This document shows, piece after piece, positions 51,906 through 63,830 of a stretch of DNA of 64,000 nt. The notes beneath the pieces were generated by a model. It worked only from the letters and a program-made list of their open reading frames with translations, did no database searches and was not told the origin of the DNA. Numbering within the stretch: the first letter of the stretch is position 1; every line of letters starts with the position of its first letter. The stretch spans positions 61,008,001 to 61,072,000 of the forward strand of contig NC_043009.1 of NCBI RefSeq assembly GCF_006345805.1. The letters run 5' to 3'. The position numbers and the translations under genes are program-made. This DNA comes from Octopus sinensis. Taxonomy: Eukaryota.

Positions 51906-52505
51906 TCTATTTCTTAATGAAAGAAATTTGAGCTAGAGATCAACTTTAGCTTTTGCCTTGCAATTGATAAACTTTAGATAAAGAGCCATTTAGATAAAAG
52001 CAGGAGTAAATGGTAGCATAATGCCATGGAAAATAAAAGGTGTTTTCCAATATGAAGCCATCAGAGAAGCACAAGGGCTTTCCAAGAAACGGTGGAAGCC
52101 AACCCTTTATCAATATGGGGAAATCTCCTACACAGGGTAATATGTCGTTTGTTGCTTTTAAATGTGTTGTTTTTTTAAAACTGAAAATAGAAAAAGCACT
52201 GATTCACTTCAGATAAGATGGGTTTGTGCTTTGCACTTTAACGACAAAGTGAGGAGATAAGCTGAGTCAGTTCATTGCACTACTTGGAATGAAGGAAAAT
52301 AAGGTTACTTTTGAAGCAGAATATGGACAGGTGGTCAGTGTTGATGTGAAGTTTGGTGATATGAGGCCGGAAAGGGTCTCTGTGGATATACGAATTCTCA
52401 TGACACCATAAGACTCCAAAATGATCCCGAAATTCCTGAAATCATGTCTGTAGTGAGTGGTCAGACAAAGGCTTTATGACAGATCTTTCGTAGTAGAAGG
52501 CTTAA

Positions 52506-52720
52506 CCCTTTAGGGTTTAAACCGGCCATATCCGGCTCAAATATTCTACATGTTTTATATTCAAACTGGCGAAGTCTAGCCTTTCACACTCTAAAAATAA
52601 ATAGTGACATTATTGAAATTTCAAAGCTATAAGATAATGCATGATTAATTCAAGTTGATGATGATGAATTTGAATGAAGAAGTATTATACATTTAACAGA
52701 ATAATTTAAACACTAAAGAG
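52506..52720. mobile_element. TTAA-flanked MITE (same family as 5304-5524)
   Basis: TTAA|CCCTTTAG...CTAAAGAG|TTAA. Confidence 0.7.
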
Positions 52721-53624
52721 TTAAAGGCTACATATATGGCAGTAAAGATCATTTAAGGGCTTTTTGTGCAGGAAAGATAGGAAAGTTAAAAGAAGGAAAA
52801 ACAGCAACATCAATAGCAGGTCATATGGCTTGTTATTCCTGGGCCATCCCTGGGGGAAGATCTGGAAACATCGAGTGAAAGCACCTTGTTATCAGTTCCA
52901 AGAGCCAATTAGAAAGCTGTGAGGCCTTTTCTCCCTCAGTTACAACCAGCAGCATCATCTCTTTATTGAGTGACAATGAAGAGGAGATAGAAAATGAACA
53001 AGAGCGGTAGACTGCTAGAGAGAGCCAGAAAACCCAAGGGAATGAAAATGCTGCACCCCCACACCAAGTTTCCCCCAAGAGAAGGCAAACAAAAAGTGAG
53101 GAAGAGCCTATCTCTTCTGCATGATTGATGAAATTCATAGTTTTGTACTTAACCAAAGAACTGATGGCAGATATAAAGGATCTACATGACCACCTCCACA
53201 CAAATTTAGTATGGATTGGAGAAGAGATAGGCTGTGGAACCTGAGAAAAACTCTTCAACAATTCTCCAAAGAACTTTACCATTACCATGATGTGAGCCTT
53301 TCTTGGCTCACAGCCAAAATTGCTCACAGGAATCTATCTAACCCCAAAATTGCTCACAGGAATCTTCCTAACCCCAAAATTGCTTGCAGGAATCTTTGAA
53401 AGGAGCAATTATGTAGACAAGGCCAGAAAGGTAGAGAGAAAGGACCAGAGTCTTAGAAAGTCCTGTTTTAAGCCAGTTGTAGGTTCCTTACCCATGTGTG
53501 AGTGAATTGTCCAATCTGTGTTTCAGTTTATGTTTTATATTTAAATTGTATCTAGTTTTAATTATTGAGTCTATTATATAATCTTATATTATTCTGTGTT
53601 TTAATCCGTATCAAATTCTAAATG

Positions 53625-53962
53625 TGAAGGCGCATGGCTCAGTGGTTAGAGCGTTGAGCTTACAATCATGAGGTTGTGAGTTCGAATCCCTGACCGGGCT
53701 GTGTGTTGTGTTCTTGAGCAAGACACTTTATTTTATGTTGCTCCAGTTCACTCAGCTGTAGAAATGAGTTGCAACGTCACAGGTGCCAAGCTGTATCGGC
53801 CCCTTTGTCTTTCCCTTGGATAACACTGGTGGCATGGAGAGGGGAGGCCGGTATGTATAGGCCACTGCTGGTCTTCCATAAACAACCTTGGCCGGACTTG
53901 TACCTGGGAGGGTAACTTTCTAGGTGCAATCCCATGGTCTGTGTCGTGACTGAAGGGGGTCT
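53625..53962 (+). mobile_element. tRNA-derived SINE, family E (full length)
   Basis: ggcgcatggctcagtggttagagcg...gagttcgaatccc (A/B boxes), then ttcttgagcaagacact core. Confidence 0.8.
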
Positions 53963-55009
53963 CAGAAATTTTAAATGCACTCATTGTACATTATCTTAAC
54001 CATCCATGTTTTTTTTAAACTTTATCTTGTCCATCATTAAATGTTTTTGTAACTCTGTATTTAACATTTTATTCAAATGTATGTCTGGGTCCCTGTGACC
54101 TATAAAGACATCACCATCTTTATCATTGTCGTCATCGTTATCATCGTCATCATCATCATCAATATCTGCCATGCTCTCCTTCTTTTATCTAAATGCCCTT
54201 TATCTAAAGTTTATCAATTGCAAGGCAAATGCTGAAGTTGATTTTGTCGTTCATCCCTTTGGGGCTGATAAAATATAGTACCAGTCAAATACTGGGGACG
54301 ATACAATGACTTAGCCCACTCGCCATATTCATAGCCAACCAAAACTGACTTTGCTTTCCATACCCTTGGGGTGATCATCATTGCAACCATCATCATCATC
54401 ATCATCATCATCGTCTTCATCATCATCATCGTCATCATCATCATCATCATCATCATCATCACCCATCATCATTGTTATCATCAATGTTTTAACATCTCTT
54501 TCTCTATTCTGTCCTAGATTAGACCAGTCTGCTGTGGAGTATGCAACTCTGAAATATATTCTGTGAGAGCCACTGTCCTGAATTGTGGGACCACCGTTTT
54601 ACTTAACGAAGAATAAGATTAATACCTGCAATACATTCTACAAACTTAATCCCTTGTGCCAATATGAGAGGTGAAAAAAAATCACCATTTTACACTGTTA
54701 AACTGCTGAAGACTACGTATTTGGATATCATCATACCATATTCTTGACAATAATTTCTGCTAAATTGTTAAGTTTAAAGTAAATAAAAATAATAAAAAAG
54801 AGATTTTAAAAAATTTTTGGTGGAATATGAGGACATTGCAAGTGAAAGGCATCCATTGTCACAACCAATCAGCTTGACTCAAGTAAAAATGGGGAAATTT
54901 ATTGATGTGCTAAACGAAAGAGGAGTAAATGATGTATATTTTAGACTCTTCCGGAATACATGAAGAAAAAAGGTCACAGATAAATCAATAAAGAACTAAT
55001 ATTGAAAAT

Positions 55010-55420
55010 ATATAAACTGTTGTTGTTGTTGTTGTTAATGGTGGGATGGTAGACTTGCTGCTGCTGCCACTGCTACTACTACTACTCTTGTTGTGTTGTT
55101 GTTGTTGGTGGTGGTGGTGGTGGTGATGATGGTGGTGGTTGTGGTGGTGGCGATGGTGGTGGCAGTGGTGGAGGTGGTGGTAGTGGTGGTGGTAGTGGTG
55201 GTGGTGGGGATGGTGGTAGAGGTGGTGGTGGTAGTGGTGGTGGTAGTGGTGGTGGTGGGGATGGTGGTAGAGGTGGTGGTGGTAGTGGTGGTGGTGATGT
55301 TGATTTTGCTACTGCAGTTATAGTTGTTAGTGGGGATGGTAGTCTTACTGCTGTTGCTGTTGTTGATGGTGGTACTGGTACTATTGCTGCTACTGCCGCT
55401 ACTGCTGCTGCTGCTGCTGC

Positions 55421-55475
<55 letters not shown>

Positions 55476-55640
55476 GGTGGTGGTGTGGTGGTGGTGTGGT
55501 GGTGGTGGTGGTGGTGGTGGTGGTGGTGGTGGTGGTGATTACACTGGTCATGATTATGGTGGTCTCGCTACTATTGTTGTTTTTGTTGTAGGCAATACTG
55601 GTGCTAGTAGTGGTGGTCATGTTGTTGTTGTCCATGGTGT
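55010..55640. repeat. Compound trinucleotide repeat (GTT/GGT/CTG/CTA)
   Basis: Direct read. Confidence 0.95.
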
Positions 55641-55814
55641 TATCATTACTGTTGTTCCATAACTTCTCTCCTCTTCATCACCTCAAATCAACCCGTCCTA
55701 CAACATGCAGGAAGTCAGCTGAATGATAACACATGCCCTGCATATTCATCTTCCCACTGAGACAATCTGCCATGTAGCACACATATGGTTGTGATGCATG
55801 TGCCTGGTGTACCT

Positions 55815-56046
55815 ATTTCTTTACTACCCACAAGGGGCTAAACACAGAGGGGATAAACAAGGACAGACAAACAGATTAAATCGATTACATCGACTCCAGT
55901 GCGTAACTGGTACTTATTTAATCGACCCTGAAAGGATGAAAGGCAAAGTCGACCTCGGCAGAATTTGAACTCAGAACGTAACGGCAGACGAAATAAAGCT
56001 ACACATTTCGCTCGGCATGCTAACGTTTCTGCCAGCTCACCACCTT
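55815..56046 (-). mobile_element. SINE family B
   Basis: Reverse-complement homology to 18480-18720. Confidence 0.85.
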
Positions 56047-56142
56047 ATGTGCCTGGTGTACCCTTACCAGACAGGTAGTCATGATGGGTATACTGGGCTT
56101 TGTATATTTCACCCCAGTGTCACTTTGATGGCATGCACTGCG

Positions 56143-57200
56143 AAGCTCAGGGCTAAAAGCAGAGAGTGAAGGTTTCATATTAACTACTCAAGACCAAAGC
56201 TTATTAACCCGGAACTACCAAGCCAATGTGATAAAAAATGGAGCTGACCCAAAATGCTGATTCTGTAATGATAAGATTGAAACTATAGACCACCTAATCT
56301 CAGGGTGTAGAGTCTTAGCACCTGTAGAATATAAAGCAAGACATGACAGAGTCGGCCAGTATTTACACTGGACAATATGTCGGCATTATAAAATCAAAAC
56401 TGCTGACAAATGGTATAAACACCATCCTGAAGCTGTGACTGTGGGAGAAAATGTATCGATTCTCTGGGACTTCCCCGTACATACCGACAAAACTATAAAA
56501 GCTAATAAACCGGATATTATTATAAAAGATCAGACAAAAAAGGTGTGTTTATTAATTGACATGAGTATTCCTTGCGATCACAATATAGTGGCGAAACAAT
56601 TTGACAAGATCAGTAAATTGAAAGAATGTAGCATCTCAAGGCGACTACAGTACCAGTGATTGTAGGATCTCTAGGAATGATAGAAAAAGGTACTGAAACC
56701 TATTTGAAAATGATACCAGGCTTACCATCCCTACAGGAAGTGCAAAAAATCGTATTAACTGGAACGGCTCATGTACTGAGAAGAGCATTATCACTGTGAA
56801 AACAACATCCATCCATGAATTTATTTATTTATTAATTTTTTAAATACATATTTTACCTGTGAATTTGCGTGTGTAATCTGGGAATGCATACAATGAGCTT
56901 CTCTGCCCTAGGTGTACTGGGAAACGGAAGAAAATTTGAAGAAAGAAGAAAAAAAGATAATAATTAAAATAATAATGATAGCATTGTCACTGAATTTTCT
57001 TTCTTTTTCCTCTTTATTTTCTTTGTTTTCTTTTTTCATTTTTGTCTTTTCTTTTCCGCTGTTTTTCTCACCCTCTTTTTTTCTATCACATGACTTTGTA
57101 AATGTACAACTTGGTGTCTTCATTTTAATGGCCTACCAATGTATATGATGAGGAAGACACTCGGCAAGAAGAGGAAGCAAAATTGAAAGAAGATAATAAT
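56143..57200 (+). mobile_element. RLE-type non-LTR retrotransposon (R4/Dong-like) 3' portion
   Basis: GLKAESEGFILTTQDQSL..NY...DPKC*FC...ETIDHLISGC..L...Y..RHDRVG..LHW...WDF.V.TDK.I.AN.PDII.KD...CLLIDMSIP (CCHC plus PD..D nuclease); ends in (AAT)n. Confidence 0.9.
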
Positions 57201-57231
57201 ATTAATAATAATAATAATAATAATAATAATG

Positions 57232-57263
<32 letters not shown>

Positions 57264-57264
57264 C

Positions 57265-57448
57265 TTTTCTACTCTAGGCACAAGGCCTAAAATTTGGCGG
57301 AGAGGGGGCTAGTCGATTAGATTGACCCCAGTACGCAACCAGTACTTAGTTTACTGACCCTGAAAGGATGAAAGGCAAAGTCAACTTCAGTGGGATTTGA
57401 ACTCAGAATGTAGCAGCAGACAGAATACTACTAAGCATTTCACCTGGC

Positions 57449-57450
<2 letters not shown>
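57265..57450 (-). mobile_element. SINE family B between (AAT)n tracts
   Basis: Reverse-complement homology. Confidence 0.75.
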
Positions 57451-57483
<33 letters not shown>

Positions 57484-57484
<1 letters not shown>

Positions 57485-57915
57485 TAGAGAAATTAAGGCT
57501 AACAGACCAGATATAGTTGTCAGAGATCATGAAGAAACAAAATGCTTTCTAATTGATGTATCAATACCGGCAGATGACAACGTGTCTCTAAAAGAAATGG
57601 AGAAACTTTCAAAATACAAAGACCTGGAAATAGAGGTAACCAGAATGTAGAATCTAAAAACAGAAACAATTCCTATCATAGTAGGTGCATTAGGCATGAT
57701 AAAAAAATATTCAGACAAATACATAACAAAAACACCAGGACTTACAAACACATATAACATACAGAAAATTGCACTACTAGGCACTGCACACATCCTACGC
57801 AGAACACTTTCCATACAATAACCATCAGAGCATCACAACAAATCACAGCACATACTCAAGGCACACAGAGCTGCGCTCGGTAGTGAAGTGAAAGCACGCT
57901 ATAAAAATAAAACTA

Positions 57916-57920
<5 letters not shown>
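57484..57920 (+). mobile_element. RLE-type (R4/Dong-like) LINE 3' end, second family
   Basis: IKANRPDIVVRDHEETKCFLIDVSIPADDNVSLKEMEKLSKYKDLEIEVTRM*...PIIVGALG...KIALLGTAHILRRTLSIQ*; (AAT)n on both sides. Confidence 0.9.
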
Positions 57921-57962
<42 letters not shown>

Positions 57963-57964
<2 letters not shown>

Positions 57965-58410
57965 TGAGCATCCTCTGTGATCATAATATCTCGGCGAAAG
58001 AATTTGACAAGCTCAGAAAATATAAAGACCTGCTCATTGAAATTGAGAAAATGTGGCATCTCAAGGCGGTTACAATACCAGTGATCGTAGGAGTACTAGG
58101 AATGATCAAGAAGGGAACCGAAAATTATATGAGAATGATCCCTGGCTTACCATCCCTGCAAGAAGTGCAAAAGATTGTCTTAAGTGGTACATCACACGTA
58201 TTGAGAAGAGCATTGTCGATGTGAGAACTATTACTACCCATGTATTTTAATTTAACTTTATTTCTATCAAAAAAAAAAAAAAAATTTGAATGAACTAGTG
58301 AGTTTAGTTTAATGGCCTACCAATGTATACTATGAGTTTCTTTGCCCTAGGAGTTGGGAAGACACTCAGCAAGAAATGGAAGCAAATTTGAAAGAAGAAG
58401 AAAAACCCAT
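57963..58410 (+). mobile_element. RLE-type (R4/Dong-like) LINE 3' end, same family as 56143
   Basis: MSILCDHNISAKEFDKLRKYKDLLIEIEKMWHLKAVTIPVIVGVLG...GTSHVLRRALSM*; starts at (AAT)n and ends before (ACT)n(AAT)n. Confidence 0.9.
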
Positions 58411-58434
58411 AAATACTACTACTACTACTACTAC

Positions 58435-58477
<43 letters not shown>

Positions 58478-58549
58478 TACTGGGAGGACTGTGGATTTGG
58501 GAAGTGCTGCTTTAAGCCTGTTGTTGTGGAACCAGATTTATAGTTGGTG

Positions 58550-58930
58550 GCTGTAAAAAGAACTATTCGAGCGTGATCATTACCAGCTCACTTTACTGGT
58601 ACTTGTGTCAGTGGCATGTGAAAAAACATTCAAGTGAGGTCGTTACCAGTGCCGCTGGACTGGATCCTGTGCAAGTGGCATGTAAAAAACACCTTTTGAG
58701 TGAGGTCATTGCCAGTACCGCCTGACTGGTCCTCGTGCTGGTGGCACGGAAAAGCACCCACTACCCTCTCGGAGTGGTTGGCGTTAGGAAGGGCATCCAG
58801 TTGTAGAAACTCTGCCAGATCAGATTGGAGCCTGGTGAAGCGATCTGGTTCACCAGTCCTCAGTCAAATCGTCTAACCCATGCTAGCATGGAAAGTGGAC
58901 GTTAAACGATAATGATGATGATGATGACGA
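58550..58930 (+). mobile_element. RTE LINE 3' UTR with three ~65-bp hairpin units and (GAT)n tail
   Basis: Direct read; a further copy lies at 59115-59365. Confidence 0.8.
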
Positions 58931-59414
58931 TGATGATGATGAATAATTTGATACCAACCCATGCAAGACTACCCATAGTTCTGTGATACAAACTTCCTGT
59001 TTTAAAATGACTTAAATTAAAAGCTTCTGTAAGAAATAGGATCACGCTTGGTCGTATCGTGTAGGAAATACGATTGCACGCGGTTCTACTCTTAACGAAT
59101 TATTCAAAGCCACCACTGGCACGTTAAAAGCTCGAACCGATCGTGACCGATGCCGGACCCCCTGGCCCCTGTGCAGGTGGCACGTAAAAAGCACCCAATC
59201 CACTCACGGAGTGGTTGGCGTTAGGAAGGGCATCCAGCCGTAGAAACTCTGCCAAATCAGACTGGAGCCTGGAGCGGCCCCTGGCTTCCCAGACCCCGGT
59301 CGAACCGTCCAACTCGTGCCAGCGCGGAAAACGGACGTTAAACGATGATGATGATGATGATGATAAACTACATACAAACGACAATAGTACATAAGTGAAT
59401 TGACACAAGTCTTC

Positions 59415-60040
59415 TGTTGGTAGATAAATATTATTTATTTTACGTATTTTACAATCATGTGGATTTTAAGAGTTCGTAAGTGTTAGCATGTTTTGTGTCT
59501 GTGTGTTCGGGTGGCGTGGAGCATACCCAACGGTACTGAACATAGAATTAACAATGGCATTTAGTCTACTGTTCATAGGGCAAGATGCCGGAATCTACTG
59601 GAGAGGCTTTCAGTAGTTGTATAGATTAGCGTAGCAACAGGTAGTAGCAGAGACAATCGCATATCTCTAAGTTGAGCAGCAGGTGGCCTAAGTTAGTTCT
59701 TAGAAGAACTGGAACCCAAGACCTAAGTGTCTGTGAACCCTGCTTTATATACTGTTCGGTTGGCTCACCGAACTCCAGAAAATGGAATTTTAACCGAAAG
59801 TCTTCATTGGCTGATTCTCAATTATGGCTCGAAATAAGTCGAGACAATTCGCGTCACGTGTCCATCAGTGGCGCGGACTTCGTAGGGACCCTCGTGTCAC
59901 ATGTCAACCAGTGGCGCGAAACACGTAGAGACCACTCGTGTCACCTGTCAGCCAATCAAGTTAGTGTTTAGAACAAGAACAAGTTAACCAAAGATGGTTG
60001 TAACCTCAAACGAGATCATTTCTGCCTTGCCCTTCACACA
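59415..60040 (-). mobile_element. LTR-like CpG-rich element
   Basis: TG...CA ends; minus-strand TATATAAAG at about 59745, CCAAT boxes, tandem ~50-bp repeats 59855-59950, AATAAA near 59435; no clean TSD. Confidence 0.45.
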
Positions 60041-60164
60041 GTCAAGATATTAACAATCGCTATGGTCATATTGTAAAAAGGCTGAAATTGCCACGCTACA
60101 CTTCCATCAAAACTCTCTATCAGTTCACATTCCAAATACCAGCTTAATAAGGATTTCAGATTTC

Positions 60165-60520
60165 GGCACAAGGCCAGCAATTTCAGCAGAAGTTGCAAGT
60201 CAATTATATCAACCCCCAATACTCAACTGGTACTTATTTTATTGACCCCGAAAGGATGAAAGGTAAAATCGACCTCAGCAGAATTTGAACTCAGAATGTA
60301 AAGACAGACAAAATGCTGCTTAGCATTTCGCCCAGTGTGCTAATGATTCTGCCAGCTCACTGCCTTAAACACCTGCTTGATAATCCTTTCTGCTATAGGC
60401 ATAAGGCCTGAAATTTGAGGGGATGGGGAGAGCCAATTACATTGGCCCCAGAGCTCAACTGATACTTACTTTACTTTAACGACCTTGAAAAGATGAAAGG
60501 CAAAGTTGACCTTGGTGGAA
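60165..60520 (-). mobile_element. Two SINE family B copies
   Basis: Reverse-complement homology. Confidence 0.75.
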
Positions 60521-60569
60521 TCTACAAGCTTAATAATGGCAGAATTATTTTACTAAATTCTTCATTATA

Positions 60570-60945
60570 GGCACCGGAGTGGCTGTGTGGTAAGTAGCTC
60601 ACTTGCCAACCACATGGCTCTGGGTTCAGTCCCACTGCGTGGCACCTTGGGCAAATGTCTTCTACTATAGCCTCGGGCTGAATAAAGCCTTGTGAGTGGA
60701 TTTGGTAGAGGGGAAACTGAAAGAAGCTTGACATATGTGTGTGTGTGTCTGTATTTGTTCCCCCTCACCATCGCTTGACAACCGATGTTGGTGTGTTTAC
60801 GTCCCCATAACTTAGCAGTTCGGCAAAAGAGACTGATAGAATAAGTACTAGGCTTACAGAGAATAAGTCCTGGGGTCGATTTCTTCGACTAAAGGCTGTG
60901 CTCCAGCATGGCCACAGTCAAATGATGGAAACGAATAAAAGAATT
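60570..60945 (+). mobile_element. SINE family A
   Basis: Homology to 7291-7710. Confidence 0.85.
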
Positions 60946-61239
60946 ATTTTCAAAAATTAATTGGCACAAAATTAGTAGATTTTGACAGAAAAGGGATAAG
61001 TAGGGCTGGATGAGCTGTGCAGTGAACAATGAGTGTATGTGAGTGTGAAGGCATCCTGGATATGATGAAGTCAGCATGTCTTGTAGAGGGGATGGGGAAG
61101 GTTCTGTAAGGAAAATGTTGTAAATGTAGGTATGGATTTTGTTGCAGTGGTTTTGTTGTAGTTGCTGTTGTGTGTACTGGTGGTCGTGGTAGTGTTATTG
61201 TAAGGATAGTTACAGTGGTGTTGGTGGTAGAAGTTGGGA

Positions 61240-62720
61240 CATGGTGATATGGCGATGGTATTGCTGCAGTGGTATTGACAGTAGTAGTGATGGTAGTAGT
61301 GATGGTGGTAGTGGTGGTAATAATGGTGATGGTAGTGGTGGTTGTAGTGATGGTTGTGGTGGTGGTGGTGATAATGGTGATGGTAGTGGTGGTTGTAGTG
61401 ATAGTAGTGCTGGTGATAATGGTGATGGTAGTGGTGGTTGTAGTGATGGTAGTGGTGGTTGTAGTGATGATGGTAGAGGTGGTGGTGGTGATGGTAGTGG
61501 TGGTTGTAGTGATGGTTGTGGTGGTGGTGGTGATAATGGTGATGGTAGTGGTGGTTGTAGTGATGGTAGTGGTGGTTGTAGTGATGATGGTAGAGGGGGG
61601 TGATGATAGTGGTGGTTGTAGTGATGGTTGTGGTGGTGGTGGTGATAATGGTGATGGTAGTGGTGGTTGTAGTGATGGTAGTGGTGGTTGTAGTGATGAT
61701 GGTAGAGGGGGGTGATGATAGTGGTGGTTGTAGTGATGGTTGTGGTGGTGGTGGTGATAATGGTGATGGTAGTGGTGGTTGTAGTGATGGTAGTGGTGGT
61801 TGTAGTGATGATGGTAGAGGTGGTGGTGGTGATGGTGGTGGTGGTTGTAGTCATGGTGGTAGAGGGGGGTGATGATAGTGGTGGTTGTAGTGATGGTTGT
61901 GGTGGTGGTGGTGATAATGGTGATGGTAGTGGTGGTTGTAGTGATGGTGGTAGTGTTGGTGATAATGGTGATGGTAGTGGTGGTTGTAGTCATGATGGTA
62001 GTGGTGGTGATAATGGTGATGGTAGTGGTGGTTGTGGTGGTGGTGGTTGAGGTGGTGGTGGTTGTAGTGATGGTGGTGGTGGTGGTGGTGGTGATAATGG
62101 TGATGGTAGTGGTGGTTGTAGTGATGGTGGTAGTGGTGGTGATAATGGTGATGGTAGTTGTGGTTGTAGTGATGGTGGTGATAATGGTGATGGTAGTGGT
62201 GGTTGTAGTGATGGTGGTAGTGGTGGTGATAATGGTGATGGTAGTGGTGGTTGTAGTCATGATGGTAGTGGTGGTGATAATGGTGATGGTAGTGGTGGTT
62301 GTGGTGGTGGTGGTTGAGGTGGTGGTGGTTGTAGTGATGGTGGTGGTGGTGGTGGTGATAATGGTGATGGTAGTGGTGGTTGTAGTGATGGTGGTAGTGG
62401 TGGTGATAATGGTGATGGTAGTTGTGGTTGTAGTGATGGTGGTGATAATGGTGATGGTAGTGGTGGTTGTAGTGATGGTGGTAGTGGTGGTGATAATGGT
62501 GATGGTAGTGGTGGTTGTAGTGATGGTGGTGATAATGGTGATGGTAGTGGTGGTTGTAGTGATGGTGGTGGTGGAGAAGGTGGTGGTGATAATGGTGATG
62601 GTAGTGGTGGTGATAATGGTGATGGCAGTGGTGGTGATAATGGTGATGGTAGTGGTGGTGTGGTGGTGGTAGTTGTAGTGATGGTGGTGATAGTGGTGGC
62701 GGCGGTGGTGCTGGTGGTGG
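61240..62720. repeat. Complex (GGT/GAT/GTA) trinucleotide-based minisatellite with higher-order units
   Basis: Building blocks gtggtggttgtagtgatg and ggtgataatggtgatggta. Confidence 0.95.
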
Positions 62721-63072
62721 AGGTAACAATTTATTTAGGTCAAAGGTAACGAAGCTGAAATATCATATGGGAACTTAGAAAGTATTTCTGTTTATATAGA
62801 TGTTGATAGGAAGAAGGTGGGGGACATATCACATTCTTCTGTCTCTTGTCTTTCTTTAGTGTCCTATTTCTACGTTCAGGCTTTTATTTCATTTATTCAT
62901 TTATTTATTTATTCCTTCATTTATTTTGTAAGTAGCAGCCACAGTTGTTGAAGAAAAAGTAGAGAGAGGTGACAGAGATTGCATTATGTCGGCATGTAAA
63001 CTTCATACCGATCGGTCAGGTGGTGTTTCTCTCTTGAAAATGTCAATATGTGTTACAACATCAACGTGGAGG

Positions 63073-63240
63073 GGAGGTGCAATGGCCCAGTGGTTAGGGC
63101 AGCAGACTTGCGATTGTAAGAACGCGGTTTCGATTCCCAGACTGGGCATTGTGAGTGTTTATTAAGCGAAAACACCAAAGCTCCACGAGGCTCTGCCATA
63201 CTCTTTCATCCCAACATTCTCTCACTCTTTCTTCTTACTT
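63073..63240 (+). mobile_element. SINE family C, 5' part
   Basis: ggaggtgcaatggcccagtggttaggg head. Confidence 0.75.
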
Positions 63241-63504
63241 CTGCCACAAAGTCTAGATTGCGAATCCTCTGTACCCCAGGATGGTTCAGCTCTCCAACCA
63301 TTAAAAGCCACCATTTACGGAATGAGGATAACAACATGGCTTTCACGTCCTTGCGACCACCAGTCTCTCACGTGTGGTGGGTGGATCTTCAAGTTGCCAC
63401 ATGCATTCTTAGTAGCTTAGAGTAGGCTCGAATTAGAGATTATTCTTTGTGGCTAATGGCATGAGTCTTGATTGGAAGAAGAAGAAGAAGACATCAACAT
63501 GGTA

Positions 63505-63830
63505 AGGTAGCAAGGTGGCAGAACCATTAGCACACCTGACAAAATGCTTAGCAGCATCTCCTCCGTCTTTACATTCCAAGTTCAAATTCCCTCGTGGTCA
63601 ACTTTGCCTTTTTATCCTTCCTGGGTTGATAAAATAAGTACCAGTTGAACACTGGGGTCGATATAATTGAATTACCCCCCCCCCCCCCACCGAAATTAAT
63701 GGCACATTGGTAGAATTGTTAGCACGGTAGGCAAAATGCTTATTAGCATCTTGGTTGTCTTTACGTCCTGAGTTCAAATTCTATCATGGTCGACTTTGCT
63801 TTTCATCTTTTCTGGATCAATAAAATAAGT
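63505..63830 (+). mobile_element. Two tandem SINE family B copies
   Basis: Homology to 18480-18720. Confidence 0.75.

Noticed and set aside
53625-53700. tRNA genes at SINE heads (also 7291, 18480, 22206)
   Set aside because: A/B boxes are present, but there is no complete cloverleaf and each continues into a SINE body.
54518-54562. Naming the micro-exon as EAPP-like, nuclear-receptor-like or ITIM-bearing
   Set aside because: Resemblance over 14-15 residues is not diagnostic, and no partner exons were found.
55093-55662. Poly-Val/Leu/Gln ORFs suggesting a polyQ or membrane protein
   Set aside because: Pure compound trinucleotide microsatellite.
58553-58750. CRISPR-like repeat-spacer appearance of the ~65-bp hairpin units
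   Set aside because: The intervening parts are homologous to each other, not unique spacers; the array lies in a LINE 3' UTR in eukaryotic DNA; no cas genes.
60950-62729. 436-aa Thr-rich and 292-aa His-rich ORFs as real proteins
   Set aside because: Several frames on both strands are open because of repeat composition; no signal peptide or unique domain. Kept only as a low-interest repeat finding.
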